This document shows, in pieces, positions 1 to 10,771 of a stretch of DNA of 64,000 nt. The DNA is from Laetmonice hystrix (Eukaryota): positions 13,764,001-13,828,000 of the forward strand of contig OZ249439.1 of NCBI GenBank assembly GCA_965235115.1, read 5' to 3'. The notes beneath the pieces were generated by a model. That model searched no databases and was not told where the DNA came from. It worked only from the letters and a program-made list of their open reading frames with translations. The first letter of the stretch is position 1, and every line of letters starts with the position of its first letter. Made by a program: the position numbers and the translations under genes.

Positions 1-3000
1 AACCAATATACCTTTTCATGAAGCTGTTTTGACAGGGAGTAAAGAAACATATATGACGTCAACAGGAGCATAATTTATTTGGTAAACAGAATATCGTTTT
101 CTGTTAAATAATATGGGGGTGCAGTATTGCATGTAGTCTACCTCCAGCGTGTAGGGGGGGGGGGAGAGGCGACAGGGCAGGGGGAGGTGGTGGTGGTGGT
201 GGGGGGGGGGGAGGTGGGCGGTGGCCCCTACACCAGAACCACCGCGCCACGCCACACCCAGCTCTGACACACATCCCGCCCGGGGAATATAAACACAGCT
301 TTCCGCCTGCTCGCGGGCCGTGTGACACACCTTTGTGACACTTCTATTTCAGGCCCATTCTAATGCACGGCACACTCTCAGCACCACCAGCTCCACTGCC
401 TGCCGCACACCTACCCCACACCCTTCCCCTCGCCATTCCAAGTCTGCTGTCATTGTATTCTGCAGGTAACCCAGCCAAATCCTTGTAAGACTGCCCTCTG
501 AAGGCAGGGTCATGGAGACCCGAGGACAGGTACAACCAGGCCCACGGCCCACCACCAACACTGCTTGACCTAGTTGTAACTGGCTCTTATAACATCATTA
601 TAGGGATCAAAAACTTAATCAACCCGTAAGTGGCGAAATCTGATGATCTGTACGGGGATACGAACGCCTACAATATACACGTGGACGCACAACATAGATC
701 AGACGTACATACGGTCACTAGTTCACTGTCCCAGGGTCTGAAGATATCGACACGCCCAGAGAAAAGTTATGCAACAATAAAAATATATTCTACATAACTA
801 CACAATACAGCCTTAACTTAACCTATCAGGTAATTCCACCTTAACAAAACAAAAAAAGGACGAAAAAACAACAAACAAGGACGACGGGACGAACTGAGAG
901 TGCTCCACTTTAAGAAGCTATAAAAGATAAAAATTTGTTTCTTTCATTCGGCGATCACTATCGTGGTGATCACAAGGCGTCCGTACACATATAATCCTGG
1001 AGATATTCAGTAATGAAGACATTAACTTTACCGATTGCTTGTGTCAAACCACTGTGAGATGTCCTTACCCACTGAGAAATCAATGACCTTGACTTTAGAT
1101 CCCCGTCCTCCGTTACTCTGGCTGGTGGGTGGTATCCCATGTTGATTGATAACGACACATTAATTAATATTTCCTCACCTACGGACTTTACACTGCGACC
1201 AAATATTGCTGTTACAATGTCACATTATGGCAAAATTCACTTTCTTTCCCAAAGAAAACAGAAGGACTTTTCTCGGAGGCAGTTCCCCATCTGAAGCTAT
1301 CTCTCCATGCTGGTGGTGACTGTAGTGACCGGAGCCTGTGACCTATTGTACTAATAACATCAACTACCTACCTGGTTGGACTTCACAGTGTTATTGTTAT
1401 CCGAGTCTTGGCCTGCCAGTTGGGAAGCATTCAGCTTGTCCACACTGAAAATATACAAAATGTATTTGACGTGATTCACTACGTCCTTGTTGGACCTTGA
1501 CGTAAGTGATGAGTTTACATCAGTTACCAGGCTGTCTGAGAGGAGAATTAGTGCCTTATAAAATATGACACAGGGTCCTGGTGTATTGCGTATGGGATAG
1601 ACACGCCATTCTTCATGTTTTGCTGCTAAATGGAAAATTGACTATAAACGCCCCACACAAATCTAACTTGCCTTGGAACGTAATTTTAGAATGTATTTTA
1701 GAATATTTTATTGCAAGTCTATTACTGACAATGGCACAGAAAACACCAACATGGGCGATTAACCTTTCAACGACTGATTGAATCAAACTTTTCCATCTAT
1801 TTAAACATAAATGTTATTAAGGGCATTCCTTAATTTGTACGCATGACGCAAATAAACGTTCTTTCTATCTTGGCGCAGAATCCTGGACCATTAGAACGAA
1901 CCACGTCACATCGCAGTAAGGTCAGAACTTCTATGCCCGAAAAATACACCAAATCCAAACGTACTATTTCAACTGACAGCTAAAGTTCTATACTGTAAAT
2001 GCCGACACTTACCCAGTTGCTAGTTAGTTATGCAGGCACATGATGCCTGTGGTGTAGCCAAGCGCGGGGTCAGAGTTCAGTAGGTTAGTTTAAGAACGGG
2101 AGCATGCACTAACTAGACTCACCCATGAACACAACATCTCATATTGAGGGACATGAAAGATACACCGGCCGACTGAGGGATGGAAGAACACCCATTCCTC
2201 CATACACCATGCTTACATAGTGGGGTGTGGGTGTGGGGGGTGGGGTAGGGTGTGGAGGTGGGGGTGGAGAGGGTAGGGCCTGAATACTGGGCAGGTTGTT
2301 ATTTAGACGCGTCTAGATGCCAGCCCGACCGTATGGGTCCCAAACATTGCCAGGATGGATAATTTGCATAATGTTCTATTCAACTCATGGAAATTAAATG
2401 AGAGTTTTGAGGCGACGATGTACAGGTTCGTGCCCCAACAATGATCGCCATTAGTTCCGTATTGCCTGGAACAGGGGTTAGGAAAGACACTTTTGTCAGG
2501 AGTTTAGCCCTTGTGTGCCCCTTTTCTCAGACATCCCCGCTCGGTCGGTCCAAGCTGGCTACTGTATGGCTATAAGACCCCTATAATGTACTATGATTTT
2601 CAACAGTACCTTATCAAGGAAGGTTACGTGGCCGCAGGGCCACTTAAATATATAGTAGCCATCACGAGGTCTGCCTGGCTAGAGGAATCAACCCTCTTTA
2701 TGGCCAATACATTAGTGGCCATATAACCCCCTTAATGGCCAACACATTAGTGGCGCTATAGCCATGTAGCCCCCTTGGTGGCCCTATATTTTGGTCATCA
2801 GGAGGACTGCTTGGCCACGGATCGCCTGTCCCTAGAAACAGTTGAGCACTAAATCCAGCCCCCCCCCCCACCATCCCTCTCCCGAGGGCCCCCATGCCAT
2901 CACGTTCACATGGTCGGACACTGACAACCATGATGCGTCAGTTCACTTCGCTCCATTCTAAACTAGCACACTAGGGCAAACTTCAGGGAAAATTATAAAA

Positions 3001-3011
3001 CACATGTTAAC

Positions 3012-3553
3012 TGTAGTTGGGGTTGTGTGGGCCAAGTTACTTAGTAAGGAGGCAAGGCCGCTTCTTCCTTGTTTAACTTCCCCTTTATTTGGTCACACTC
3101 TTGAACTCCGTGAAGCTGCAGATACATGCAAACCATGCTCAAACATTCGCATATATGGCCTCACCAACATGACAACTTCTACTATATAAATGATAAATGA
3201 TCTAACATGTCCTCGATACACCTAAACCCGGAACTGATACCGCGAGAGCAAGTGCCCCATTATCGCTCGTCCCGTCTTTCCTGAAATTCTCTTTTTTACT
3301 GAACTACAATCACACTATGAAACTACACAATATCCCGTGTTCTGTTAACACCCTTATTTACCTCTTGTGCTGATCTGGCAGGTTAAAACCCTCTAGTTTA
3401 CCGCAACGAAAGCGACCGCCGTAGGCACAGAAACAGCGTGCTCGTGACCTTGTCCTCCACTGCCCCCCGGCGGCTCCACTCTCCCCTACTCTAGGTCACC
3501 TCTTTCCCAACAGAGGGCGCCCGCTCACCGGACTACACTATGCCACCTTTACA
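3012..3553 (-). repeat. 3' LTR of BEL/Pao element
   Basis: tgtagttggg...ccacctttaca, identical to 10772-11313. Preceded on the sense strand by a purine tract. Confidence 0.97.
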
Positions 3554-3563
3554 TGGCTCCCCT
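3554..3563 (-). other. Polypurine tract (PPT) of BEL/Pao element
   Basis: Sense strand reads AGGGGAGCCA immediately before the TGT of the 3' LTR. Confidence 0.75.
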
Positions 3564-3725
3564 AAATTCAAACAGGAATTTACCCCAAAAAATTAACGTG
3601 TTACAACTGGCGCATTAACATACAAACAAATCATCCTTAGCTCAGAAGGTAATACTAAATGTGAGATAGACAATAGATGGAATAGGAATGCAAGGTGTTG
3701 GCTCTCTGACGGGGAGTCCCGTGTC

Positions 3726-6700
3726 TCACACCTCTGAGGCCTCCATCAAGCGGACCAACTTCTGCACTGGTCTCTTGAGATAAGATGTAGCACCAAGTCG
3801 TCTCCCATCCTTATCTAGATTGCCGTCCGCGACAGCAAGCTTGACCTTGCGGACGTGGCCATCGGTATCTGGGTACACTTCGCAAACTCTTCCAAGTTTC
3901 CACAGCCCACGGGGCAGATTATCATCCTTGACGATGACGATATCACCTGGAGCAACCTCTTCCCTCTCCTTATGCCACTTCTGTCTCACTTGAAGACTGT
4001 TGAGATATTCTCTTTTCCAGCGATACCAGAATTCATTCGCGAGATGCTGAACACGCCTCCAACGCCGTCTCAGATACAGGTCCTCTTTCACGAAATTTCC
4101 TGGCGGCGGTAGAACGATCTGGCTCTTCATGGTTAGTATGTGGTTTGGTGTCAACGGCTCCAAACTTGGGTCATTGAACTGCTCTGTTGTCAGGGGTCGG
4201 CTATTCACTATCGACATCGCCTCACACATGAATGTCCTGAGACCCTCGTCGTCCAGTTGCCGTCCAGCTGAGTTCATCATAGCAGTTAGTATGCTTCTCA
4301 CCGTCCGAATAGGCCTTTCCCAGCTTCCACCTTGGTGGCTCGCTGACGGTACATTTGTCACAAAATCGCACTGACTCTCCAGCAGGAACTTCCTAGTCAC
4401 GTCCTGGTCAATCTCGGCCATGCAGCGATTTAGCTCATTTCTTGCGCCGATGATGTTCGTGCCGCAGTCAGACCTCATTTGTCTCACTGGCCCCCTAACT
4501 GCCAGAAACCTCCTGAGTGCGTTGAGGAATGAGTCTGTTTCCATTGAGTGGGTGACTTCAATATGGACAGCCCTTGAACTCATACAGGAGAACAGGGCCC
4601 CGTACCTCTTTAGCTCCCTTCTCCCTTCCTTAATGTAGAACGGTCCGAAGAAGTCTACGGCACAATACGAGAAAGGTGGTTCAGGATGCATCCTATCTAT
4701 TGGCAAGTCGGCCATCTTCTGTTCATGTACTGGTGCCCTCATTCTCTTACAAATGATGCAGTCTTTGATGTAACGATACACCTCAGAACAGCAATGGATA
4801 ATCCAGTAGCCGCGACTCCTAGTCTCGTTGATCGTCATGCCCCTTCCTTGATGTTTGGTATTCTCATGGCAATATCTGATCAGCAGCCTGGTGATCCAAT
4901 GTCCCTTCGGAATGATAACCGGGTGCTTCACCGAGTCCTCATATGAACTGCTCTCCAGGCGTCCACCAACCCTTATCAGGCCATTCTGATCGATGAATGG
5001 ATCCAACCTATGGAGTGTGCTTTGGCCCGTCAGCACTATCTTGCGTTTCCGCTGAACTTCTCTTCCTTGACCCTCTTCTAAACTCCTCAGAGCGGCCAAT
5101 TCAACACCGAAAGTTTCCTTCTGGACTACTCTCAGTACTGCAACCTCCGCTTGCCGTATCTCCTCAACCGAAGGCTGGAAACTTGACATGGGGTGACCGG
5201 TCTGCCGCCGATCTCCCTTCTTGAATCTTCTACACAGGGCAATACTCCTGAGAAGCTTCATCCAACGAGAGAATCGTTTGAATCTTTCTGAGAAAGCCTC
5301 CTCTACTTCGGTCAAATGAACCTGCGCCTTCTTAACTTCCGGATCATCTGCCGTAATCTCTACTTCAAGACTGGCTCCTTGTGTCTTGGGTAATTCCACA
5401 TCCGCGAGAAATTCTGGACCTCGCAGCCATCTTGAGTGCGTGAGGAATTGCTCAATACTGGTACCACGTGAAGCTTCGTCTGCAGGGTTCTTCTTCCCAT
5501 CGACATGGTTCCACTGTCCCGGCTCTGTATGGTCCCTAATAGCTTGAACGCGATTGGCTACGAAGACATGGAATTTCCGTGCCTCGTTCGCAATGTAGCC
5601 CAGTACAATGCGACTGTCGACCCAAAATACTTCCTTCACATTCACTAGGTCCATCTCAGCTGTCAGAAATTTACTCATCTTCACTGACAACACCGCTGCC
5701 GCCAGCTCCAATCGGGGAATCGTGACCCTCTTTGTTGGTGCCACCCTGCTCTTTCCTATAACCAATGCGCAGCTAACTCTTCCTTGTTCATCAACTTGTC
5801 TCAGGTAGGTGCATTGTCCATAGCCAACTTCGCTTGCGTCTGAAAAATGATGCAATTCCGTAACGCATGCCCTTCCGAAGTCCTTAGGCTTGTAACATCT
5901 GTCGATCTGCACCTTCTCCAACTTCAGTAGATCACGTCTCCACTTCTCCCACTGAGATTGGATATCATCAGGCACTGGCTCATCCCAGTCTCCTCCGTTC
6001 TGGCAGATCTTCTGTAGAATTCGTCTGCCTGGCAAGAGTACAGGAGCTACTATCCCAAGTGGATCGAATATAGATGAAATGGTAGACATGATTCCCCTCC
6101 TGGTTAGCGGTGTGTCCTTCAGCTGGATCCGAAATCCCAAACTATCACTTTCAATACACCAATGAACACCAAGAGCCTGTTCCATCTTCATGTCTGCCAA
6201 ACCAGTACTGAGATCCTTGTGGGTCGGCCGTTCTGAGCTCTCCTCTTCACCCAGGGCGCCTAGTACTTCGGTGGAGCTACTCTGAAACTTGTGGAGCTTG
6301 AGACCTCCCAGCTGACATAACGCCACTGTATCCCTCATCAGCTCTACCGCTTCTCCCACGCTGGGTAAGGAGACTAGGCCATCATCTACATAGAAATTCC
6401 TTCTGACGAATGCTGCTGCTGCTCCAAACCGGTCTTCATGATCCAGCGCCAGTCTTCTGAATCCAAAGTTGGCACAACCCGGGGAGCAAGTGGCGCCAAA
6501 AAGGTGCACTGTCATTCTATACTCCATTATCTTGCCGTCTAGATTGCCATCTCTCCACCACAGAAACCTGAACAGGTTTCTTTGTTCCTCTGGCACTACG
6601 AACTGGTGGAACATGCTCTGGACATCACATGTCACAGCAACTGCTTCCTTGCGAAATCTCAGCAGCACCCCTACCAGGGAGTTTGTCACTTCCGGTCCGC

Positions 6701-9650
6701 TGATTAGGTGGTCATTTAGAGCCACTCCTTCATGCCGTGCACTGCAATCAAATACAATACGGAGCTTGGACTTGTCAGAGTTATACACCCCGTGATGGGG
6801 TATATACCACACCTTGCCATCCAACGAGGGAGAGGAATCACTGACTTCTTCTGCATGGCCATCCTGCAGTAACTTGTCCATCTTGGCTATGTATTCATCC
6901 CGCAATGTAGGTTCACGCTTCAGCCTCCTCTGCAGATGCTTCAACCGCTGCTGTGCTTGACTCCTGTTATTTGGCAGGAGAACATCCGGTTTCTTTAGAG
7001 GGACTGGAACCACATACTTGCCATCTCTTCCCTGATGGGTACTTGCTTCCAGTTGCTTGATAAACTTTCCATCGTCCAGGGACATCACTTTATCATCGCT
7101 TGTCCGCTCACAGAATTCTATCTCCATCATCCTTGATATCTGCGACGGATCAATAACCTCCTTGGTTGAACTTTGTAGTGCTATCGTCAACCCCTTCCCC
7201 ACGTCTGGAACCTCACATGTCACCAGTCTGTGGCTTATACTTGTATTTGCACAGTCCTGTTCACTAGTACCGACTATACTCCAGCCGAGCGCAGTCTTCA
7301 ATCCATAAGGAGCATCCGAATCCCCTGGTGCTGCAATGACTTCTATCGGCCTTAACGCCTTAGTGCAGTTGTACCCTATGAGGGCTCCTATGGGACATGC
7401 GTGTACTGGCATTAGATCCTCGGTGATCTGCTTTAAGTGACTCCATGAGTTTGCAAGTTCTTGTGTTGGAATGTGACTCCTCCTGGCAGGTATATCATCC
7501 TTCGAGAATGTAGGGGGCAGGACAACCTTCTCAGTGCTGTTGAACGCGCGAGCCGTTAGACCCTTGTACTTCTTTGTATGCACGATCTGATCAGCTGAAG
7601 TCATGGTTGAGAGACGAAGGCAGGTGTCCACCCCTTGTACCCCTAACGCCTCGGCCACTGATGCCAGCACGAATGTTGTGTCCGACTGGGTGTCGAGCAT
7701 CGCGTAAACCAACTGCTCTCTGTCCTGATGTTCCTCTGACCCAATCCATACAGGGACTATCATAGAGGACTTCTTGGTGATTTGGGATCCACCGAATTCG
7801 GTAGCTGCAAATGACACCCCGTCCGCATTCTTGGTTGGGTCATGTAGTGCCGTAGGGTGCCTGTTGCCACATATCTTACAGGTTAGCTTCTGCTGGCATC
7901 GTCTAGATCGGTGTCCTGTCATCAGACAGCCAAAGCATAACATCTCGTCCCGGACATAGACAACTCTCTGGTCGAGGGGAAGGTCATTGAATTTGTAACA
8001 TGAATCCAAAGCGTGAGACGACCCCTTACACAGATGACATCCTTCCTGTATAGGCTCTTTCCCAGTCTTCTGTGGCTTAGACATTGAGTCCCTCGGCTTA
8101 GAGTCTCTAGGCTTGGTGTTATCTTTCTTGTTATCAACCATCTTGTTGCTGAAATCTTTACTACCTTGTGTGTTGAATGACCGTGCCGATGTTGACCCCT
8201 TGGCGCCAACCCTTACCCGCGATTCATCCTTGTACAGGGAAGAAGTAACAGGGTCGCACATTATCTCCGCTTCCTGTTGAATAAACTCTTGGTACTTGGC
8301 AAATGGTGGGAAGCGCCTATGTAACACCTTGTAACTGGAAACCAACCTTGCCCATCTATTCACCAACCAGACCGGCAATTTCCTCAACATCCTACGGTTT
8401 TCCCGTTCATCATCCAATATTTTGAGGCCTGGGATACTCTGCATTGCGACCCGACATTGGTTATAAAAGTCCGCCAATCTCCGTAACGCCTGCCCATCAT
8501 TGTTCTTAATGGCTGACCAACCTTCAAGCTTGTCCCGGAATGATTCTACTATCATAAATGTGTCCCCGAACCTTCTCTCCAATAACTTCCTTGCCTCCTG
8601 GTAGGCGTCGTTGGTGCCAAGCATGAAAAGCCCCTGCACTGCCTCCAGGGCACAGCCACCCAGGTACCGCCTTAGATAGTACAACTTCTCATTGTTCGGA
8701 ATTCCCCTGTTGGCTATGAGCGTGTCGAATGATCTGGCCCATCCGGCGTACTCCAGGGGATCGCCGGTGAAGATACCAGGCTCAGGCTGGGGCAGTCTTC
8801 CGACCAGCAGCTGCTTCGATAGAGTGTCCAACAGATGATGCGAGTCACCGGGTAGGCTGGAATCCTTTGCCTTGACCTTGGCTTGATCACAACCTTCCTT
8901 GGTAGGCTCCTTTGCCTTGACCTTGGCTTGACCACAACCTTCCTTTCGAGTGTCTTCTACCTTCACCCTTAGTCTCTCTCGACTGTGATTGGTGTAACAA
9001 GCTTCCTTCGCTTCGATATTCTCTAGACTCGCTCTCTTTGCTTCTGCCAGTTTTAGCTTTGTCTCTATCCTGAGCTGATTTAATTCACCTTGAATCCTGG
9101 CAAGTTCCTTTTCCTTCTTAACTTCTTCATCCAGGTGGTTGATCTCCACTTTGAGCGATGCTATATCTGCCGATCTCTGGGATCCCTTAGATGAAGTTGA
9201 ACTGGCTCCCGACGATAATGATTTGCCATCTTCCAGGATAAGTAAAGTTGCAGAAATGTCCCTATGTAGCTCATGGTGGTCCTCTTCAATCTTCTGTAGT
9301 CTTAACTGAAGTTCAGGCTCCAGCTCCGAGTTCACTTCATACTTCTCGGCAGCATCATACAAATTGTTCATAAGCTTATCCAGGTCATCTCGTCCTGCCT
9401 TCATTTGGTCTGCCTTGTTCCCCTCCTCTAGCAGCTTCTGCACTTGCGTCGCTTTCCTTCTCCAAGCTGACATTGCTGACTTAACATGCTGACCCAGTCG
9501 TTGCCTCTGGAATTCTGCTCCCTTGACTGTTTGCTTCCGTGCTCGTCTAGACATATGCTGTTCCAAGATGTCAGACATGGCCGCCAGGTCTTCCAGACTG
9601 ACAGCAGGTTCAGGGTGGAGGTTGGGCTGAGAAGTGGCATTGCGAAACAT
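3726..9650 (-). CDS. BEL/Pao Gag-Pol polyprotein, 1974 aa, intact
   Basis: Gag region (PEPGIFTGDPLEY..., KLYYLRRYLGG) with three Cys/His knuckles (CHLCKGSSHALDSC, CFGCLMTGHRSRRC, CKICGNRHPTALH). Aspartic protease YAMLDTQSDTTF. RT (VHLFGATCSPG, FYVDDG). Pao RNase H (HHFSDASEVGYG, IPRLELAAA). Integrase HHCC plus D,D(35)E core (AVDFFGP, SDCGTN, WERPIR). Pao-type C-terminal region (FWYRWKREYL). Confidence 0.97.
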   Translation of the reverse strand: MFRNATSQPNLHPEPAVSLEDLAAMSDILEQHMSRRARKQTVKGAEFQRQRLGQHVKSAMSAWRRKATQVQKLLEEGNKADQMKAGRDDLDKLMNNLYDAAEKYEVNSELEPELQLRLQKIEEDHHELHRDISATLLILEDGKSLSSGASSTSSKGSQRSADIASLKVEINHLDEEVKKEKELARIQGELNQLRIETKLKLAEAKRASLENIEAKEACYTNHSRERLRVKVEDTRKEGCGQAKVKAKEPTKEGCDQAKVKAKDSSLPGDSHHLLDTLSKQLLVGRLPQPEPGIFTGDPLEYAGWARSFDTLIANRGIPNNEKLYYLRRYLGGCALEAVQGLFMLGTNDAYQEARKLLERRFGDTFMIVESFRDKLEGWSAIKNNDGQALRRLADFYNQCRVAMQSIPGLKILDDERENRRMLRKLPVWLVNRWARLVSSYKVLHRRFPPFAKYQEFIQQEAEIMCDPVTSSLYKDESRVRVGAKGSTSARSFNTQGSKDFSNKMVDNKKDNTKPRDSKPRDSMSKPQKTGKEPIQEGCHLCKGSSHALDSCYKFNDLPLDQRVVYVRDEMLCFGCLMTGHRSRRCQQKLTCKICGNRHPTALHDPTKNADGVSFAATEFGGSQITKKSSMIVPVWIGSEEHQDREQLVYAMLDTQSDTTFVLASVAEALGVQGVDTCLRLSTMTSADQIVHTKKYKGLTARAFNSTEKVVLPPTFSKDDIPARRSHIPTQELANSWSHLKQITEDLMPVHACPIGALIGYNCTKALRPIEVIAAPGDSDAPYGLKTALGWSIVGTSEQDCANTSISHRLVTCEVPDVGKGLTIALQSSTKEVIDPSQISRMMEIEFCERTSDDKVMSLDDGKFIKQLEASTHQGRDGKYVVPVPLKKPDVLLPNNRSQAQQRLKHLQRRLKREPTLRDEYIAKMDKLLQDGHAEEVSDSSPSLDGKVWYIPHHGVYNSDKSKLRIVFDCSARHEGVALNDHLISGPEVTNSLVGVLLRFRKEAVAVTCDVQSMFHQFVVPEEQRNLFRFLWWRDGNLDGKIMEYRMTVHLFGATCSPGCANFGFRRLALDHEDRFGAAAAFVRRNFYVDDGLVSLPSVGEAVELMRDTVALCQLGGLKLHKFQSSSTEVLGALGEEESSERPTHKDLSTGLADMKMEQALGVHWCIESDSLGFRIQLKDTPLTRRGIMSTISSIFDPLGIVAPVLLPGRRILQKICQNGGDWDEPVPDDIQSQWEKWRRDLLKLEKVQIDRCYKPKDFGRACVTELHHFSDASEVGYGQCTYLRQVDEQGRVSCALVIGKSRVAPTKRVTIPRLELAAAVLSVKMSKFLTAEMDLVNVKEVFWVDSRIVLGYIANEARKFHVFVANRVQAIRDHTEPGQWNHVDGKKNPADEASRGTSIEQFLTHSRWLRGPEFLADVELPKTQGASLEVEITADDPEVKKAQVHLTEVEEAFSERFKRFSRWMKLLRSIALCRRFKKGDRRQTGHPMSSFQPSVEEIRQAEVAVLRVVQKETFGVELAALRSLEEGQGREVQRKRKIVLTGQSTLHRLDPFIDQNGLIRVGGRLESSSYEDSVKHPVIIPKGHWITRLLIRYCHENTKHQGRGMTINETRSRGYWIIHCCSEVYRYIKDCIICKRMRAPVHEQKMADLPIDRMHPEPPFSYCAVDFFGPFYIKEGRRELKRYGALFSCMSSRAVHIEVTHSMETDSFLNALRRFLAVRGPVRQMRSDCGTNIIGARNELNRCMAEIDQDVTRKFLLESQCDFVTNVPSASHQGGSWERPIRTVRSILTAMMNSAGRQLDDEGLRTFMCEAMSIVNSRPLTTEQFNDPSLEPLTPNHILTMKSQIVLPPPGNFVKEDLYLRRRWRRVQHLANEFWYRWKREYLNSLQVRQKWHKEREEVAPGDIVIVKDDNLPRGLWKLGRVCEVYPDTDGHVRKVKLAVADGNLDKDGRRLGATSYLKRPVQKLVRLMEASEV

Positions 9651-10105
9651 GATGACATATATGTACCAATGGCAAATATCAGTATAGTACCAAGCTCAAC
9701 AATACACACCCTATCAGTTTAAACTAAATCTTAACACATGATTACCGATACCACCCGACGTTAACAATCAACAACATAGCATGCAGCCTAATAACTTGTC
9801 AACCCTTGACTATATGCACGTCAACAATTAGCACTGTAACCATATAATGATACCAACAACCCATGCACGAAATGTCACCTGACCGTGAAATATCAATACC
9901 ACTTGACCATGTGGTGAATGACTCTGAGTAACCTTCACAATGCTAGGGTACAGCCTTAAATACTAATAGTTCACTAAAATGGTCAGTCAAGTTTAATATG
10001 TGGCTAATCTGACTAGTCATCTGAATAGCATGTTTAACTGATTCAGTCACTCTTCAATAAATGCTGCCATCTCACTCCGGTACTGGCCAGACTGTGTATT
10101 CTATG

Positions 10106-10500
10106 GTGCACGAATGACAGTTCTTGGAGGGTAGTGTACACGAATAATAGTTCTTGGAGGGTAGTGTACACGAAGTTCTTGGACGGTAGTGTACACGAAG
10201 TTCTTGGACGGTAGTGTACACAAATGACAGATCTTGGAGGGTAGTGTACACGAATGACAGTTCTTGGACGGTAGTGTACACGAATGACAGATCTTGTAGG
10301 GTAGTGTACACAAATGACAGTTCTTGGAGGGTAGTGTACACGAATGACAGTTCTTGGACGGTAGTGTACACGAATGACAGATCTTGTAGGGTAGTGTACA
10401 CAAATGACAGTTCTTGGAGGGTAGTGTACACGAATGACAGATCTTGTAGGGTAGTGTACACGAATGACAGTTCTTGGAGGGTAGTGTACACGAAGTTCTT
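10106..10500. repeat. 30-bp tandem array (~13 copies) in the retrotransposon 5' leader
   Basis: Unit gtagtgtacacgaatgacagttcttggagg, with a few shorter variants. Lies between the 5' LTR and the gag ATG. Confidence 0.95.
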
Positions 10501-10771
10501 GTTTATTACGACACAGGCTTTTCTGTGGCCTCAATGGGATTAAAGTGACTTGATTGCATTATACTGCCTTGGAACTAGCGCACAACCAACCCTGAGCGGT
10601 CCATGGGAACTGCCGTCCTATCTGTCCAACTGGTCTTGTGGAGATCTGGACCTAGCGATGACGCAGCAACCGAACCCAGAGCTGATCCAGCACTCCTCAT
10701 TGGTGGCGTGAACGGGCTTCCAACCGAATCTTGACGAGTATTCCTTCCTCCCAAACCATTAAGAGCTTCAC

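Noticed and set aside
16-561. Pro/His-rich short ORFs at the window start
   Set aside because: Low-complexity products of poly-G and (ggt)n tracts.
3004-3189. Duplicated 61/72-aa ORF (also 10731-10949)
   Set aside because: Simply the LTR read on the non-sense strand.
3855-9722. Many short ORFs antisense or out of frame to gag-pol
   Set aside because: Shadow ORFs of the long coding sequence.
10043-10543. ORFs of 100-163 aa in the BEL leader
   Set aside because: By-products of the stop-free 30-bp repeat; they start at non-ATG codons or within the array and have no domain signature.
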